DNA from: Octopus sinensis
Taxonomy: Eukaryota
Direction of reading: 5' to 3'
Length of the DNA stretch: 64,000 bases
Assembly (NCBI RefSeq): GCF_006345805.1
Contig: NC_043014.1
Location: 7,130,001-7,194,000 of the forward strand
Part shown: piece by piece, positions 1 to 12,917 of the stretch
Numbering within the stretch: position 1 is the stretch's first letter
Layout of the letters: every line of letters begins with the position of its first letter
The notes under the pieces: generated by a model
Seen by the model: only the letters and a program-made list of their open reading frames with translations
Database searches by the model: none
Told to the model about the DNA's origin: nothing
Made by a program: the position numbers and the translations under genes

Positions 1-1281
1 TGCAGATCGATCTGCAAATGCTTTATCTGAACATGTTTTTAAATGCATTGAGACGTGGGAATGTGGAAACAAATTGATTGCGCAGACATATGATGGTGCC
101 GCTACAATGGCAGGACAACTAAATGGGTTACAGGCAAAAGTAAGAAAGAAATATGAATGTGCGATCTTTATTCATTGTTGTGCCCATATCCTAAATTTAG
201 TTCTTTCACAATCATGCTCTGCTATGAAAGAATGCAAGATATTTTTTTCTACAATAAACGGACTCGGTACATTTTTTACGAAATCACCGAAAAGGGCTAA
301 TGCATTAGATAACATTGTTAAAAAATGATTTCCGAAAGCAACAGCAACTAGATGGAATTACTCCTCACGTCTTATTATTACCACAAAGGAAAATTATAAT
401 TTCATAATCAGCCTTTTTGAACACATCATTGAAAATCCTGAAGCATGGGATGATACCACCATAAATTCAGCAATTGGATTCTTACACACTTTAAAAGCTC
501 CTGATTTCAGTGACATTTTTTCTTTTACTGACGTCTTATTTAACATACTCCAGAGTAAAAGTCATGACATAGTGTATTGTAAACAGCAAATAGATAAAAC
601 TAGAACTGTACTCGAAAACAAACTTGATAATTTTTCAGTCTTTTATGATAGGTTAGGGGGAAAATATGGAGTCGATGCAGGAATCGGAATTCAGAGATCC
701 AAGAATATATCTATTGATCCCCAACGACATTATAGAACGCTTTATAACAAAATTATAAGTACAATAGTTGACCAAATAAAAGCACGATATTCATCCTTAG
801 AAGAGTTTAAATTCATGGAACTTTTGAATTTCAACAAAGTTGATGAGTATTACAAACAATTTCCTGTGGACTCCTTAGATTCTTTAAGAACAACTTATGG
901 CAGATTTTTTGATGTAATACGATTACAAAGTGAGCTCAATGTGATGTATTCAATGAAAGATTTTAAAAAACCAAGTGTAAGTCATTTAATGAGTTATATT
1001 AACAGCACTGATCTTGTTGAAGCTATGCCAGAACTCTTCAATCTGTGCAAGTTGATTTTGACAATTCCGTCTACCACTGCTTCTGTAGAGCGATCCTTTT
1101 CTGCATTAAGTAGAATTAAAACATACCAAAGAATGCGACAGGAGAAAGAAGACTGTCTGGTTAGCACTAATGTCAATTGAAAAAGATTTATTACAAGAAT
1201 TGATGAAAAGAGAAGATTTCTATGAAAATGTGATAGATTATTTGCCCAGAAAGATCGAAGAATTGAATTAATTATAAATGA
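1..1281 (+). pseudogene. hAT transposase remnant (Tip100/ZMYM1-like), 5' part outside the window
   Basis: One frame from base 2 gives AQTYDGAATM, the CxxH motif (HCCAH), TRWNYSSR after an in-frame TGA at 326-328, and the dimerisation motif TASVERSFSAL. Frameshifts near 1130-1170 precede the C-terminus, which ends near 1281. Confidence 0.85.
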
Positions 1282-2153
1282 GCTAAGTAACATTTTAAAA
1301 CATTAAAAAAATTATATTAAAGAACATATATTACAGGTTTTGCTTAGTGTTTGTTATAACGTAAGGTTCGACCTTTTACATCAGTATTGTTTCGCAGGAG
1401 AAATGTTTTGATTTCTTCGTGAAACCTAACCTACATAGATTTCCCTTTCTGTGCTGCTGGGTGTAGTCTATTTACGGCCGTAAATAAGTGTTTTGTTTCA
1501 CTTTCAATAAGTGTCTTGTTTCAATCTCAGAGATGTTGACTTCTGCCACAACAGTTTTGGGAGGCTTTTTACAATGTTGAATTTTCGCTGTCTTTCATTG
1601 TGTGCGTATTCATGTATATGCGTGTATTTTCAATGTAGTCCTTTAATGTAAGTCAATAATTTTCCCGGAATTGACAAGTAGCATGATAAAGTACCTGACT
1701 TGTCTTCGAGAGCGTAACGATCTAAAACCATGGCCATATAATGTAATTAAATGTGTTCTTTTAATTAAATCATTTCATTCAGCAGAATCGCACCCCTTTG
1801 AAAAACGAATTTATGTGAAAAATTTTTTTCGGATTCCTACCTTTAACAGAGATTCTGAATATGCAAAAATATTGACAGAATCCAATTTCATCTTTATTAC
1901 ATTTCACTTATGATTTTTAGACTTTTCTAAGGGAGAATGAGGATGGGAAAGTACTGACGTTTCGAAGAGCAAAGAATACAAACAATACACTTATTTCAGG
2001 ATCATCTCTGCACAGCCATTTTTTATTCCCTGTTTATTCTACATATTCAGAATCTCTTATATGTAAATCGTAGGAATACGAAAATGTTTTACTGAAAAAT
2101 TGCCGGTTGGGTGGGGGGGGGGCAATGAAATTAATTGCATGCCCAACGCCGGA

Positions 2154-2171
2154 AGTCACCGCACGCCACTG
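2154..2171 (+). mobile_element. Probable right terminal inverted repeat of the hAT element
   Basis: Reverse complement reads CAGTGGCGTGCGGTGACT, a hAT-type CAG terminus about 0.9 kb downstream of the transposase, abutting a TA-rich tract. The left TIR is outside the window. Confidence 0.55.
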
Positions 2172-2698
2172 ATATATACATATATATACATATATATAAG
2201 GAAAAAACTTTTGATAAGCATAACAAATGCGCAATCGGTAAAAAGAACTTCACCTAATTAAATTATTTAAATTACTTAAATTATTTTGTCAGCATTTTCT
2301 TCATTTCCTTTTTTATATATCACAACTCGTGTTCCACATCTCCTTTTTTAAATATATATATATACTTTATTGAAAAGCAGCAAAGATATCACAAAAACTG
2401 TTGCTCAGAGTTTCACGTTCCTGTTCGTTGGACAGTTTTGTTTGGAATGTTTGAAAGAAAAAGAAAATGGAAATTGGAAATTTCATAATCGTTTATTATT
2501 AACAGCAAATTGGTCGTCTTCTCTTACACCCGTTTCTATTAACACTCGATAAACATTAAGCTAAGAGAAGTTAGTATGGGTATGAGTTAAGGCACTTGTG
2601 AACCTGAAAGTGAAAAGAAGAAGGAAGGGAGGAAGGACATGCAGTGACAACTGAGAAATTAGTAATTAACGTTGGACAAACGAAAAACTTATTCCGGT

Positions 2699-2702
2699 AT
2701 AC

Positions 2703-2776
<74 letters not shown>

Positions 2777-2780
2777 ATAT
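2699..2780. repeat. (TA)n microsatellite
   Basis: Direct reading. Confidence 0.95.
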
Positions 2781-2868
2781 GAAAACACAAAGAGAAAACA
2801 GAACAATGCGAGGACGTGGAACAAGTATAGTGTTATTGGACGCTCAGGAAAGGAAAGAAAGAAGGAGG

Positions 2869-2903
2869 GTTTAACGTTTCGATCGGAGCTCTTCGTCAGA
2901 AAC
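2869..2903 (-). ncRNA. Minimal type I hammerhead ribozyme motif (Penelope-type)
   Basis: Minus strand GUUU-CUGACGA-A-GAGCUCCGAUC-GAAA-CGU-U-AAAC: helix I GUUU/AAAC, canonical core, palindromic helix III ACGU. Confidence 0.6.
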
Positions 2904-3539
2904 ACAGGATAAGGAAAGATCCAAAATACTGCATTCTGTGGTTTTAACAAGTTGTATAGCATTCAGTCTGTTGAGAGAGTAAATATATTATTATAATAAA
3001 AACCACAAGTTTTGTAAAATACAGCTACCCAGGGTTTCCAGGTCGAAATATCAATTTATTTCGCCACTTATCAAACTGTTAAAAACAACAAGATGGCTTG
3101 GTAACTGCGTTCGATGCAATTGACGCTTGAATGAGCACGCACATTTCGAAAAAGATTGAAAGAAACACAGAAGAGGTAATTAACTTCACAGTAAATAAAA
3201 GCAGTCTTACGAATATCAAAAGTACATAACGTCGGTTATTCATTGATAGAAGCCTTTACATTATGGGGGCATGAATATGTGATTTTAACTGTGTGCCTAT
3301 TAAATATCTTTCTGTACCTAAGGTTACTGAGAAAGTGATTATCTAATAAGTGTCTTACGGATATCAAAATTACAAAATTACAAAGATAGTAATGGTTTAT
3401 ACTGTGTCCAGTTGTTCACCTTTAATTTTCACTAAGATGTAATTTTGAATTTTCACTAAGATGTAATTTTAAATGCGCGCATGAAGAAATACCAATTCTT
3501 ACACAGTCATTTGAAATTCTTGAGTTTTTTTTTAAGATA

Positions 3540-4325
3540 CACCTTTTTTAAGGGAACATCGAATATCTTTTTGACCTGTTAATATAGGGTTTGATCTTAA
3601 AAAATCTTTTTTTTTATGTTGTAGCTGACGTTCTGGTCCTTAAGATTCCAGATTAATGCTAAGAGGGTTGTTACATGTCTCTTCAGATGGTGTATAAAGA
3701 TCGAAAAATGGTTGGTGTGTTTACATTTTAACCTCCTTGCCCTGATCCAGTATAACACTTGGTCACTGTCCGGCTTTTGCTATAATTTGCTGAAACCAGT
3801 GTTTCATAAACAACGAAGGATGTATTGCATGGCTGCCCTTGAGGGTATTTAGATTTATCTCTACATGTGCATTCGGGATAAGTCTGAGTCATCGGTTATT
3901 CATTGATAGAGGCCTTTACATTATGTGGGCATGAATATGTGATTTTAACTGTGTGCCTATTAAATATCTTTCTGTACCTAAGGTTACCGAGAAAGTGATT
4001 ATCTAATAAGTTGTAAGAATCTTCTACCTATATTTGTCATAACATTTAGAAAAATGACTGGATGAACTATAAAATATTACGGGACCTATTCCAGGTGGCT
4101 GAGGAGGTGGAGAGTTATAAAGATTTTATCAAGGAAGTTGTTATCATATAAATCATCATTACAATATGGGGAAGTCTTTTCAAATATTTCTCTAGATGAA
4201 GAAAGACATATAACTGTACGCCTATTGTTCGGGGTTAAATTCTTAAATACAGACTTAGGGAAAGGTTTATAGGAATTAGTTTTAAGGTGTAAAGAAACAT
4301 CTAAAACCTCAGTGCTAGTGAGGTT
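3540..4325 (-). mobile_element. Decayed Penelope-like element: RT C-terminus and GIY-YIG endonuclease
   Basis: Manual minus translation: VLDVSLHLKTNSYKPF..ICLSSSREIFEKTSPYCNDDL (about 4100-4320), then CTCRDKSK..CNTSFVVYETLVS..CYTGSG..KRHVTTL..IWNLKDQNVSY (about 3560-3880), with stops and frameshifts. Confidence 0.7.
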
Positions 4326-4458
4326 TGTGTCAATGGAAGACCCCCCCAGGGTGCAGGCACGGCCTCTACCTTGTCATTCAGCTTGGGGAACATCCGAAGT
4401 CACAAGAATTAAGGTGTATATTGTAGGGAGGGGGAGGGACAGTTTTGATTCCTATTTC

Positions 4459-4690
4459 TTATTTCTTTATTGCCCACAAGGGGCTAAACATAGAGGGGAC
4501 AAACAAGGACAGACAAAGGGGTTAAGTCGATTACATCGACCCCAGTGCGTAACTGGTGCTTAATTTATCGACCCCGAAAGGATGAAAGGCAAAGTCGACC
4601 TCGGCGGAATTTGAACTCAGAACGTAGCGGCAGACGAAATACCGCTAAGCATTTCGCCCGGCGTGCTAACATTTCTGCCAGCTCGCCGCC
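4459..4690 (-). mobile_element. tRNA-derived SINE, family S1, with 16 bp TSD
   Basis: Head GGCGGCGAGCTGGCAGAA (A box) and GAGTTCAAATTCC (B box). TSD TTTGATTCCTATTTCT at 4443-4458 and 4691-4706. Confidence 0.85.
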
Positions 4691-4997
4691 TTTGATTCCT
4701 ATTTCTGCCAAATAGTTAGTTGCCAGGATGGAACTGTGAACGATGCATTTTCCTGATGGAGGTGCTCAGGACTTTTACGAAGAAATCTTTTCCTGAATTT
4801 CCTGAAAAGCTCCATAAAGTACTCTTTGTTGATCTTGTGGCAAGAGAGAACCAAGTGAGTGTAGATGATATGCTTGTTATCGGAAAAGTAGGACCTTCAT
4901 GAACTTCGCGGTAAACTTCCTTTGCCTGACCTTTTATGCAAGCGAAAAGCAGATGCTCAGCTCATACAAGTTAATCCATAGGCATTCATAAGTATTT

Positions 4998-5109
4998 CAT
5001 AGGTAGGTAGGTAGGTAGGTAGGTAGGTCAATAGGTAGGTAGGTAGGTAGGTAGATAGGTAGGTAGATAGGTAGGTAGACACAGACGGACGGATGGACAG
5101 ACAGACAGG

Positions 5110-5166
<57 letters not shown>

Positions 5167-5202
5167 GGGCGGACAGACAGACCGACAGACAGACAGACAG
5201 AC

Positions 5203-5273
<71 letters not shown>

Positions 5274-5325
5274 GAGGCAGACAGGTAGGTAGGTAGGTAG
5301 GTAGGTTGGTAGGTAGGTAGGTAGA
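4998..5325. repeat. Compound (TAGG)/(GATA)/(GACA) microsatellite
   Basis: Direct reading. Confidence 0.95.
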
Positions 5326-7286
5326 TATGTTTCTTTATTAGCCACACATGGCCGAAAACAGAGGGGACAAAATACGATGCAGAGCTTTTCTTTTTGAAAA
5401 AGAAAGAAAGGAGAAAAATAAAATTTTGGTCAAAAGGGATCGTTAAAAAAAGCGCCGATCGAAAGGGGTTGTGTATCACAGAAAATATAATAAAAGTTAC
5501 AAAAAAGAAAAACAGATTATATTTATCCGTGGAAAGAAAAGCCTACGGAAAAGACCACGGTAACCTCGGGCAGTAATGTCCAACAAAAACACATTACAGT
5601 GAGTGACTCTTTTTTTTCTTTCTTTTCCAGATTCATAGGATTATGCTTAAGGTGGCTCCGTCATTCACACGTGCCCTCCTTGCTACATTCACCCATCTTT
5701 TATTGAAACATTTGCTAGACAAAACTTGCCTCTCTACTCTCACCTTCCTCTTCAAGTGATACTTGAAGAAGTTGATGAGAGGTTGACCAGAGAGGAAAGT
5801 GTTTGTTTCTAGGCCTTTCAGACGCGTCCGCCATACACATTCTTTCGCCATAGCCACAATTACGATAAAAATGGCTCTTCCTTCCGTTTGAAGGAAGGAG
5901 GCGCGACAATATTGACGATAGACTAGGCTGATAAACTGAATCGTCCCACACCCGATAGCACTCGTTCGACATAGGTCCACAGATCGGAAATGGTTGGACA
6001 CTGTACGAGTGAGTGCAGAGCGGTTTCGTCGCTCTGGCCGCATCTCGGGCAGGTCGGCCCGGTGTTTCTCGAGCATGTAGAGCTTATCCCGAACGGGTAG
6101 CCCTTCTCGACAGCACTGCCAGGCCAGGGATCTCTAGAAGTTGTCCATAGGTCTCAGCCCGAAAGTCGTCTTGAACAAGCGAGTCAGGTATTCCTCGTTG
6201 ACGCCCAGGTTCGCCCCGAGATCGTCGTCGTACCTCTTCTCCACTAATCCCCTATAGAATGCTTTCATGATGATGCAGTCGCTCAACCAGGTACGATATA
6301 GTTGCTAGAGAGCAACGCGACACTCGCGGTACCATTCGCCCTTCCTCGGCCTCTTTTTGGAGACGAGTTGCGGGAAAGCGCGCCTCACAAACGGCGACCA
6401 CTTCTGTTCACCGTCGTCGACGTAGAACCGGAGATGTCGCAGTCTCAGCGCGTGTCTGCGCATCATCAACCACGGCACGCCCAGCCCTCCTTTTAGCGGG
6501 TGTTGGCAGCAAGCGGATCGCCTGACCATCGGAATGCTTCCTTTCCACAAGAAGCGGAAGAAAATGCGTCCCACTTTGGTGATGGTAGGGTCGGGACAAG
6601 GTACGACGGTCAGGCGGTAGTAGATGACGCACGCGACGTACGCATTCGCCACCTCTACCCAACATTTTAGGGACAGCTTCCTCTCGGCCCATTGCCGGAC
6701 CAGAGTGGCCACCCTACTCGTTATCTCTTCCTAGTTCTTCTCCGTTTGGAGGTCCGAACCAAACCAGACCCCGAGCAACTCAACCGGCTCGTCGGTCCAG
6801 CGTCCCACAACGGAGGCACCGCTGGACGGCATGGGCTTGCTTCTCCAGGTGCAGAGCCACAAGTCCACTGACTTTTCCCGGTTAATTTTCGCTCTTGTTA
6901 CTGCTTCGTAGTCTTTCAGTGTCTCGCCTACCAGCTCGATGTGGCCGTGGCTAGACACTATGACGGTGACGTCGTCTGCGTATACGGACACGCTCGTCCC
7001 GCATCCCAATTCTCACGAGATGCCCCTCAGCGTCGCTAGATTCTGCAGTAGTGGCTCGAGGGTCAATATGTACAGAAGCGACGAGAGGAGGCATCCCTGA
7101 CGGACCGAACGTGCAATGTCGAATGGTCTCGATAGATGCCCATTCACGCGAATTACCGAACGGATGCCTTTGTATAGGGCAGCAATCCAGCCGCGATAAA
7201 CGGGACCGAACCCAGCCGCTATGAGAACAACTTCCAAGTATCGATGGTCTACCCTATCGAAAGTTTTGGATTGATCCAAATCGATC
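5326..7286 (-). mobile_element. Tx1/L1-type LINE copy A, 5'-truncated (partial RT, C-terminus, 3' UTR)
   Basis: DQSKTFDRVDH, VRQGCLLSSLLY, YADDVT, HPLKGGLGVP and FFKYHLKRKVRVER in the minus ORFs. AATAAA just before the 3' end. Both ends lie in GATA-type tracts. Confidence 0.9.
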
Positions 7287-7306
7287 TGATAGATAGATAG
7301 AAAGGT

Positions 7307-7391
<85 letters not shown>

Positions 7392-7459
7392 GGATAGATA
7401 GACAGATGGATGGATTGATGGATGGATGGATGGATAGATAGATAGATAGATAGATAGAT

Positions 7460-7514
<55 letters not shown>

Positions 7515-7590
7515 GGATGGATGGATGGATGGATTGATGGATGGACAGATATATATATATATAGATAGATCGAGAGGGAGATAGATAGAT
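7287..7590. repeat. (GATA)/(GATG) microsatellite between Tx1 copies A and B
   Basis: Direct reading. Confidence 0.95.
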
Positions 7591-8554
7591 AACTTTCTTT
7601 TATTAGCCACACAGGGCTGAATACAGAGGGGACAAATACAAATGTAGAGCTTTTCTTTTCGAGGGTGGAAAAAAATAAAAAATGTAAGATTGCGATCAAA
7701 AGGGATCGAGAGGAAAAAAAAAGAAAAACAAAAGGAAAGAAATCGTGTATCACAGAAACATTGATAAAAACATTGATAAAACAAGATTGGGTTCATCCGT
7801 GGGAAGAAAAGCCTACAGAAAAGACCACGGAAACCTCAGTCAAGGAGGAAATAACCACATGAGAGCGAAATGCTCTCTCTCTTTCTTTTTTACGATTTAC
7901 AGGGTCATGCTCAAAATGGTTTCGTCACTCGCACGCACCATCTTTGCAACATTCACCCATCTTTTTTTTAATCTTTCGCGAGACAAAACTTCCCTCTCCA
8001 TTCTCACCTTCCTTTTCAAGTGGTACTTGAAAAAGTTGATGAGCGATTGGCCAGAGAGGTAAGTGTTTGTCTCTAATCCTTTCGCTCGGGTCCACCACAC
8101 ACATTCTTTCACCATGGCCACCAGTACGATGAAAACTGCCTTGCCTTCCGGTTGAGGGAAGGGGGCGGAGCAATTCTCAAGATAGACTCGGCCGATAGGC
8201 GGATTCGTCCCACACGTGACAGCAGCCGTTCGGCATAAGCCCACAGGTCGGAAATGGTTGGACATTGCACGAGTGCGTGCAGAACGGTTTCGTCGCTCTG
8301 ACCGCATCTCGGGCAAGTCGGTCCAGTGTGTCTGGAACCGTGTCTGTAGAGCTTATCCCGAACAGGTAATGCTTCTCGATAGTACTGCCAGACCAGGGAT
8401 CTTTGGTGATTGTTCATAGGTCCCGGTCCGAAAGTTGTCCTGAACAGGCGGGTCAGGTGTTCCTCGTCGACGCCCAGACTCTGCCCGAGTTCGTCGTCGC
8501 ACCTCCCCTCCACTAATCCTCTATAGAATGCCTTTGTTGTGATGGAGTTCGATC

Positions 8555-9225
8555 CTGTGATCTGTGTAACTGACTATATGAAATTGCGGACAACCTACAC
8601 TATTTTTATCTATTGTCCTACAGAATACTCTATCTAAGTATGATCTGGACGACCCGATGCGGTTACTCCATGTCCACATTGGCACATTCGGGTGGTCCAG
8701 TCGGTACCTGTCAGACAGTTGGAAACATCTGAGCAGGTCTTTGAGGCATTTGCATCCCCTTCTATTGCTATCTCTGCCCACGTAGTCTAGATGCATGTCC
8801 AGGGTGGCATTCCAATCCCCCACTAAAAGTAAAGGACGAGACGTTCCCATGAAAGACTCTAGACGTCGAAAGAAATCTTGTCGGCCTGTTAAGGATGGAG
8901 CATAAACTGTTATCAGTCGAAAAGCACACTCATTGCTGCCATCGACATCCAAAACGACCAGGTCTAGGAAAATTGCTTTTACTTTGAGATCCAGACTCTT
9001 CCGGAGAAGCACCGCGGTGCCACCTCCGCCCATTCTCGGTAGACACGGAGAAAAATAAATGTTGAAATGTGTACCGAACATGTGCTGGAGTGCCCGCGAG
9101 CTGTGGAGTCTGGTCTCACTGATGGCTATGATATTCAGATTTAGTGACTTGATATCATTTAACAGGTAGCCTTGTTTCCAAGGCGACCCCAAGCCACGTA
9201 CATTTATACTTCCTATTCTGAGCAT
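8555..9225 (-). CDS. APE endonuclease domain of Tx1 copy B ORF2
   Basis: SINVRGL, ISETRL, VYAPS, GDWNATL, SYLDRVF and SYTDH motifs in one open frame. Confidence 0.9.
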
Positions 9226-9293
9226 GTTCCGATAAAAAATTGTGTTTTACACACGGAAAGAAAGTGCAAAAAAGGAAAGAGAGAGAGAAAAGG

Positions 9294-11566
9294 TTACTTG
9301 TTGTCCGAAAGTCCTTTGTTTTTCACCTCACAGTCTTCTTCCATGAGGTTTTTATATAGTTTCTTTGATGAATATTTTTGAAATCTCCCTACTGCATCAG
9401 GGTAAAGAGATTTCAGGGTGCTGTATGTGTTCTGTGTTACGTGATATATTTTAATGTGTTGTGGTGGTGTTGTGCGTGGGTGGTTATTTGTTTTTATGTC
9501 GTTTTTAGTTATGTTAGTGTTTGACCTAATGTGTTCCATTAGGTCGTTGTTGTTTGTGTTTATGGCTGTCAACATTGTTGGGGGGTTTGATGATGGTGTG
9601 TTTGTGTTGATGTGTTCGTTTTCTGTGGATGTTTTTGTTTCGGGAGGGGTGAATCTTCCTGCTTTGTTTGTTATCTTTTTTTTCTTTTTTTTCCCCTTTT
9701 TCTTCTCCCCCCTGTGGCTATTTGCCAATCTTCTGTGTCTTCTTCGTCTAATGACAAATCAGAGGAATCAGAGATTAGGAGGGGAAAAATATTGGGGTCT
9801 ATTGTAGACTGTGTTGATTTTGTTGTTGGTGTTGGTTGGTGAGCGTTAGGTTGTGGTGTATGCGGTTTTGGAGGTGGGGTGTGGGTATTTTGTGTTTGAG
9901 TGATTGTAGGTATTGTTGTGTTGCTTGGGAGTGTCAATTTTGTGGAGATTTGGAGTAGTAATTGTTTCTTCATTTTCGATGAGTGTCTTTTTGGCAGATG
10001 TCCTTGGTATGGGAGTTGGTTGTTGTTGTTGGTGTTGTTTCTGTTCTTGGTGCAGTTGGTGGTGTTGTTTGGTTGGGTAGGTTTGTTTTTTGTTGGTTTT
10101 CTGTGATTAGTCTTGTTTGTACAAATTGTGGTGTGGGTAGTAAAGCTGGCTTTTTTGTTTTTTCCGGCTGCTGTTGTTGTTGCTGTTGTTTTCTTGCGGC
10201 AGATTTGCAATCTTTTTTTAGATGTTGCTCACTGCCGCATATGTAGCAACGTGGTCTTCTGCCATCGACGACCACATACAACTTGTGGTCTTCTGATACA
10301 CATATCTGGGTGGGTATTTTCTTTATATCATCTTGGTTTATGTGTAGTAGAAATTCTACTCTTTTTCCCACCCAGTTTTTGTTTTCCGTGACCGTAGTTT
10401 CTAAAATTGTGAAATCTTCCATTTTCACACATAAGGCCTTTGCTAGCCATAGATTGTTCGCTATTTTGGGGACATTGTTTAAAGTGATTTTAGTCACTTT
10501 CTGTCCACGATAGCTTGGTATTAATGTCAGTTCATCTGAATGAAGGGTTAGCGTTGAGAAACGTTTTGCTAACTCTTCAATGTGGAAGACCACATGTATG
10601 TGCGCGAACTTGTTCCACCAGGTCACATACTCTTTGAACTTCCAGATGGGTTTCAAGCATTTTTCGATTTTGCTTGTGTTAGCCTTCTCTGGACTTTTTG
10701 TTTTCTTATTAATTATTTTATATATAATAGTTCTTTTTTTTTCATTTTCTAATATTTCTTGTGGTATGTTTATTTTTACTATACCATCTACTTCCGTTAT
10801 GAAAACTTTGGTATCTTTTATCTGTTGTGCAGTAAAATATACTGTTGTCTTTTTTTTTTATAGCCTCGGCGAAATTTGTTGTTGTTTTGTTATTGTTGTT
10901 GCTGGTGGTGATGTTGTTGTTGGCTGCAGTTGGTAAAATCGGTGTATTTGGTTTGATTGTGCAAGTAGGAAGGGGTGGAAAATTAATTGCATAGTTTGTC
11001 CCTGTGTTCGAGCAGCTTTTGTCAATTTGTTTGGTGGTCACAGTCTTTTGTTTATTTCCTTCAGTTCTTGGTGTTGGAGGAAACAAGGTCTGAACGGAAT
11101 TGTTGTTGTTGTTATTGTTGCTTTTGTTGTTGGTGTTGGCGGTGGTGTCAGTGGCAGAAGAGACAGCCGTGGCAGCAGATGTCGAAATGGTGGCGCAATT
11201 GTTGTTATTCTTGTTGTCATTGTTATTGTTGTTGTTGTTGGTAGTTGAGGTAGTGGATGAGGCGGCGGTGGTGGTAGCAGTAGTAGTCTCGTTGTTGTTG
11301 TTGTTAGTGGTGGTGGTGGTGACAGGGCTGTTACCGCAAGTGGTTGCAGCGTTCACTGCCACGTCATTTAGGTTTGCACTTTGCGTGCATACGTTCTTTT
11401 TTACTCCTAGCGTTTCCAGACGAGGAATATGTTGGTCGATAAAGGAACGCGACCAGCGATCTACAATACAATTTCTCGACATTTTCAAAATATCGAGAAG
11501 AAAATTACACAAATTAAATAGGGTTGAAACTGCCCCCAGGGAAGAATTCCTCCCTTGGAAAAGCAC
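9294..11566 (-). pseudogene. Tx1 copy B ORF1 (RRM-like region, CCHC knuckle, T/N/Q-rich tracts), frameshifted
   Basis: CYICGSEQHLKKDC knuckle in ORF 9970..10656. The segment is homologous to ORF1 of copy C. Confidence 0.75.
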
Positions 11567-11680
11567 TCAAACGAAAGTTGGGTGCCTTACACACTTTATT
11601 TACAAAAATGTACACAAAATATGGGCTATAAATAGTCAAAATAAACGATTACCTTCGGAGCCGAAGTGACAGCACGTCCG

Positions 11681-11783
<103 letters not shown>

Positions 11784-12069
11784 ACAGGGAGCAGACGAGA
11801 GCAGTTAATGGTGTGTTTCCGATGTAAGGTGAACGGACAGACAAACGTGTCATAATATTCCAGTCGGGTCCAAAGGATGGCAGATAAGCAGCTGTGGTAG
11901 AGAATTCTACAAGACGGTGGCGGTGTCGAAGTGGAATTAATGCGGCTTACTGTTATTCTTGTAGAGTCAGAGATAAACAGTCAATATTACAAACCACATA
12001 TGGATGTGACCTACCGCTCGGCTTGCCTTGTCAGTCGGTTACGCTCTTACTTTCTCTCCCTCTTTCACC

Positions 12070-12601
12070 GCCTTCACTTTTTCATACATTCTCTTTTACT
12101 CTTTTACTTGTGCTGGAGCACCGCCTTTAATCGAGCAACTCGACGCCGGGACTTATTCTTTTGTAAGCCCAGTACTTATTCTATCGGTCTCTTTTGCCGA
12201 ACCGCTAAGTAACGGGGACATAAACACACCAGCATCGGTTGTCAAGCACTGCTAGGGGGACAAACACATACACACAAACATACACACACACACACATATA
12301 TACATATACATATATACGACAGACTTCTTTCAGTTTCCGTCTATCAAATCCACTCACAAGGCTTTGGTCCACCCGAGGCTATCGTAGAAGACACTTGCCC
12401 AAGATGCCACGCAGTGGGACTGAACCCGGAATCATGTGACTGGTAAGCAAACTACCTACCACACAGCCACACACACCACACACACACACATATATCTGTG
12501 TGTGTGTGTTTGTGTGTCTGTGTTTGTCCCCCTAGCATTGCTTGACAACCGATGCTGGTGTGTTATGTCCCCGTTACTTATATATATATATATATATATA
12601 A

Positions 12602-12669
<68 letters not shown>

Positions 12670-12862
12670 GACGGGCTTCTTTCAGTTTCCGTCTACCAAA
12701 TCCACCCACAAGGCTTTGGTCGGCCCGAGGCATATAGTAGAAGACACTTGCCAAGATGGCACGCAGTGGACTGAACCCGGAATCATGTGGCTGATAAGCA
12801 AACTGAAACCGGAACCATGTGGTGGTAAACAAACTACTTACCACACGGCCACTCCTGCGCCT
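12070..12862 (-). mobile_element. Cluster of family S2 SINE copies and fragments around a (TA)n tract
   Basis: Matches the S2 sequence at 40543, 43225, 48106, 50559 and 63334. A short plus-oriented piece lies at about 12500-12570. Confidence 0.8.
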
Positions 12863-12869
12863 ACATAAA

Positions 12870-12885
12870 TAGATTCAAATATATT

Positions 12886-12917
<32 letters not shown>

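Larger units (their letters stand above)
7591..11680 (-). mobile_element. Tx1/L1-type LINE copy B: both ends present, RT deleted internally
   Basis: Frameshifted ORF1 at about 9294-11566, then the APE endonuclease at 9225-8555 joined directly to the post-RT C-terminus near 8552. The 3' UTR is homologous to copies A and C. Confidence 0.9.

Noticed and set aside
994-1293. Minus ORF over the hAT gene, and other ORFs antisense to LINEs
   Set aside because: Shadow frames of transposon coding sequence.
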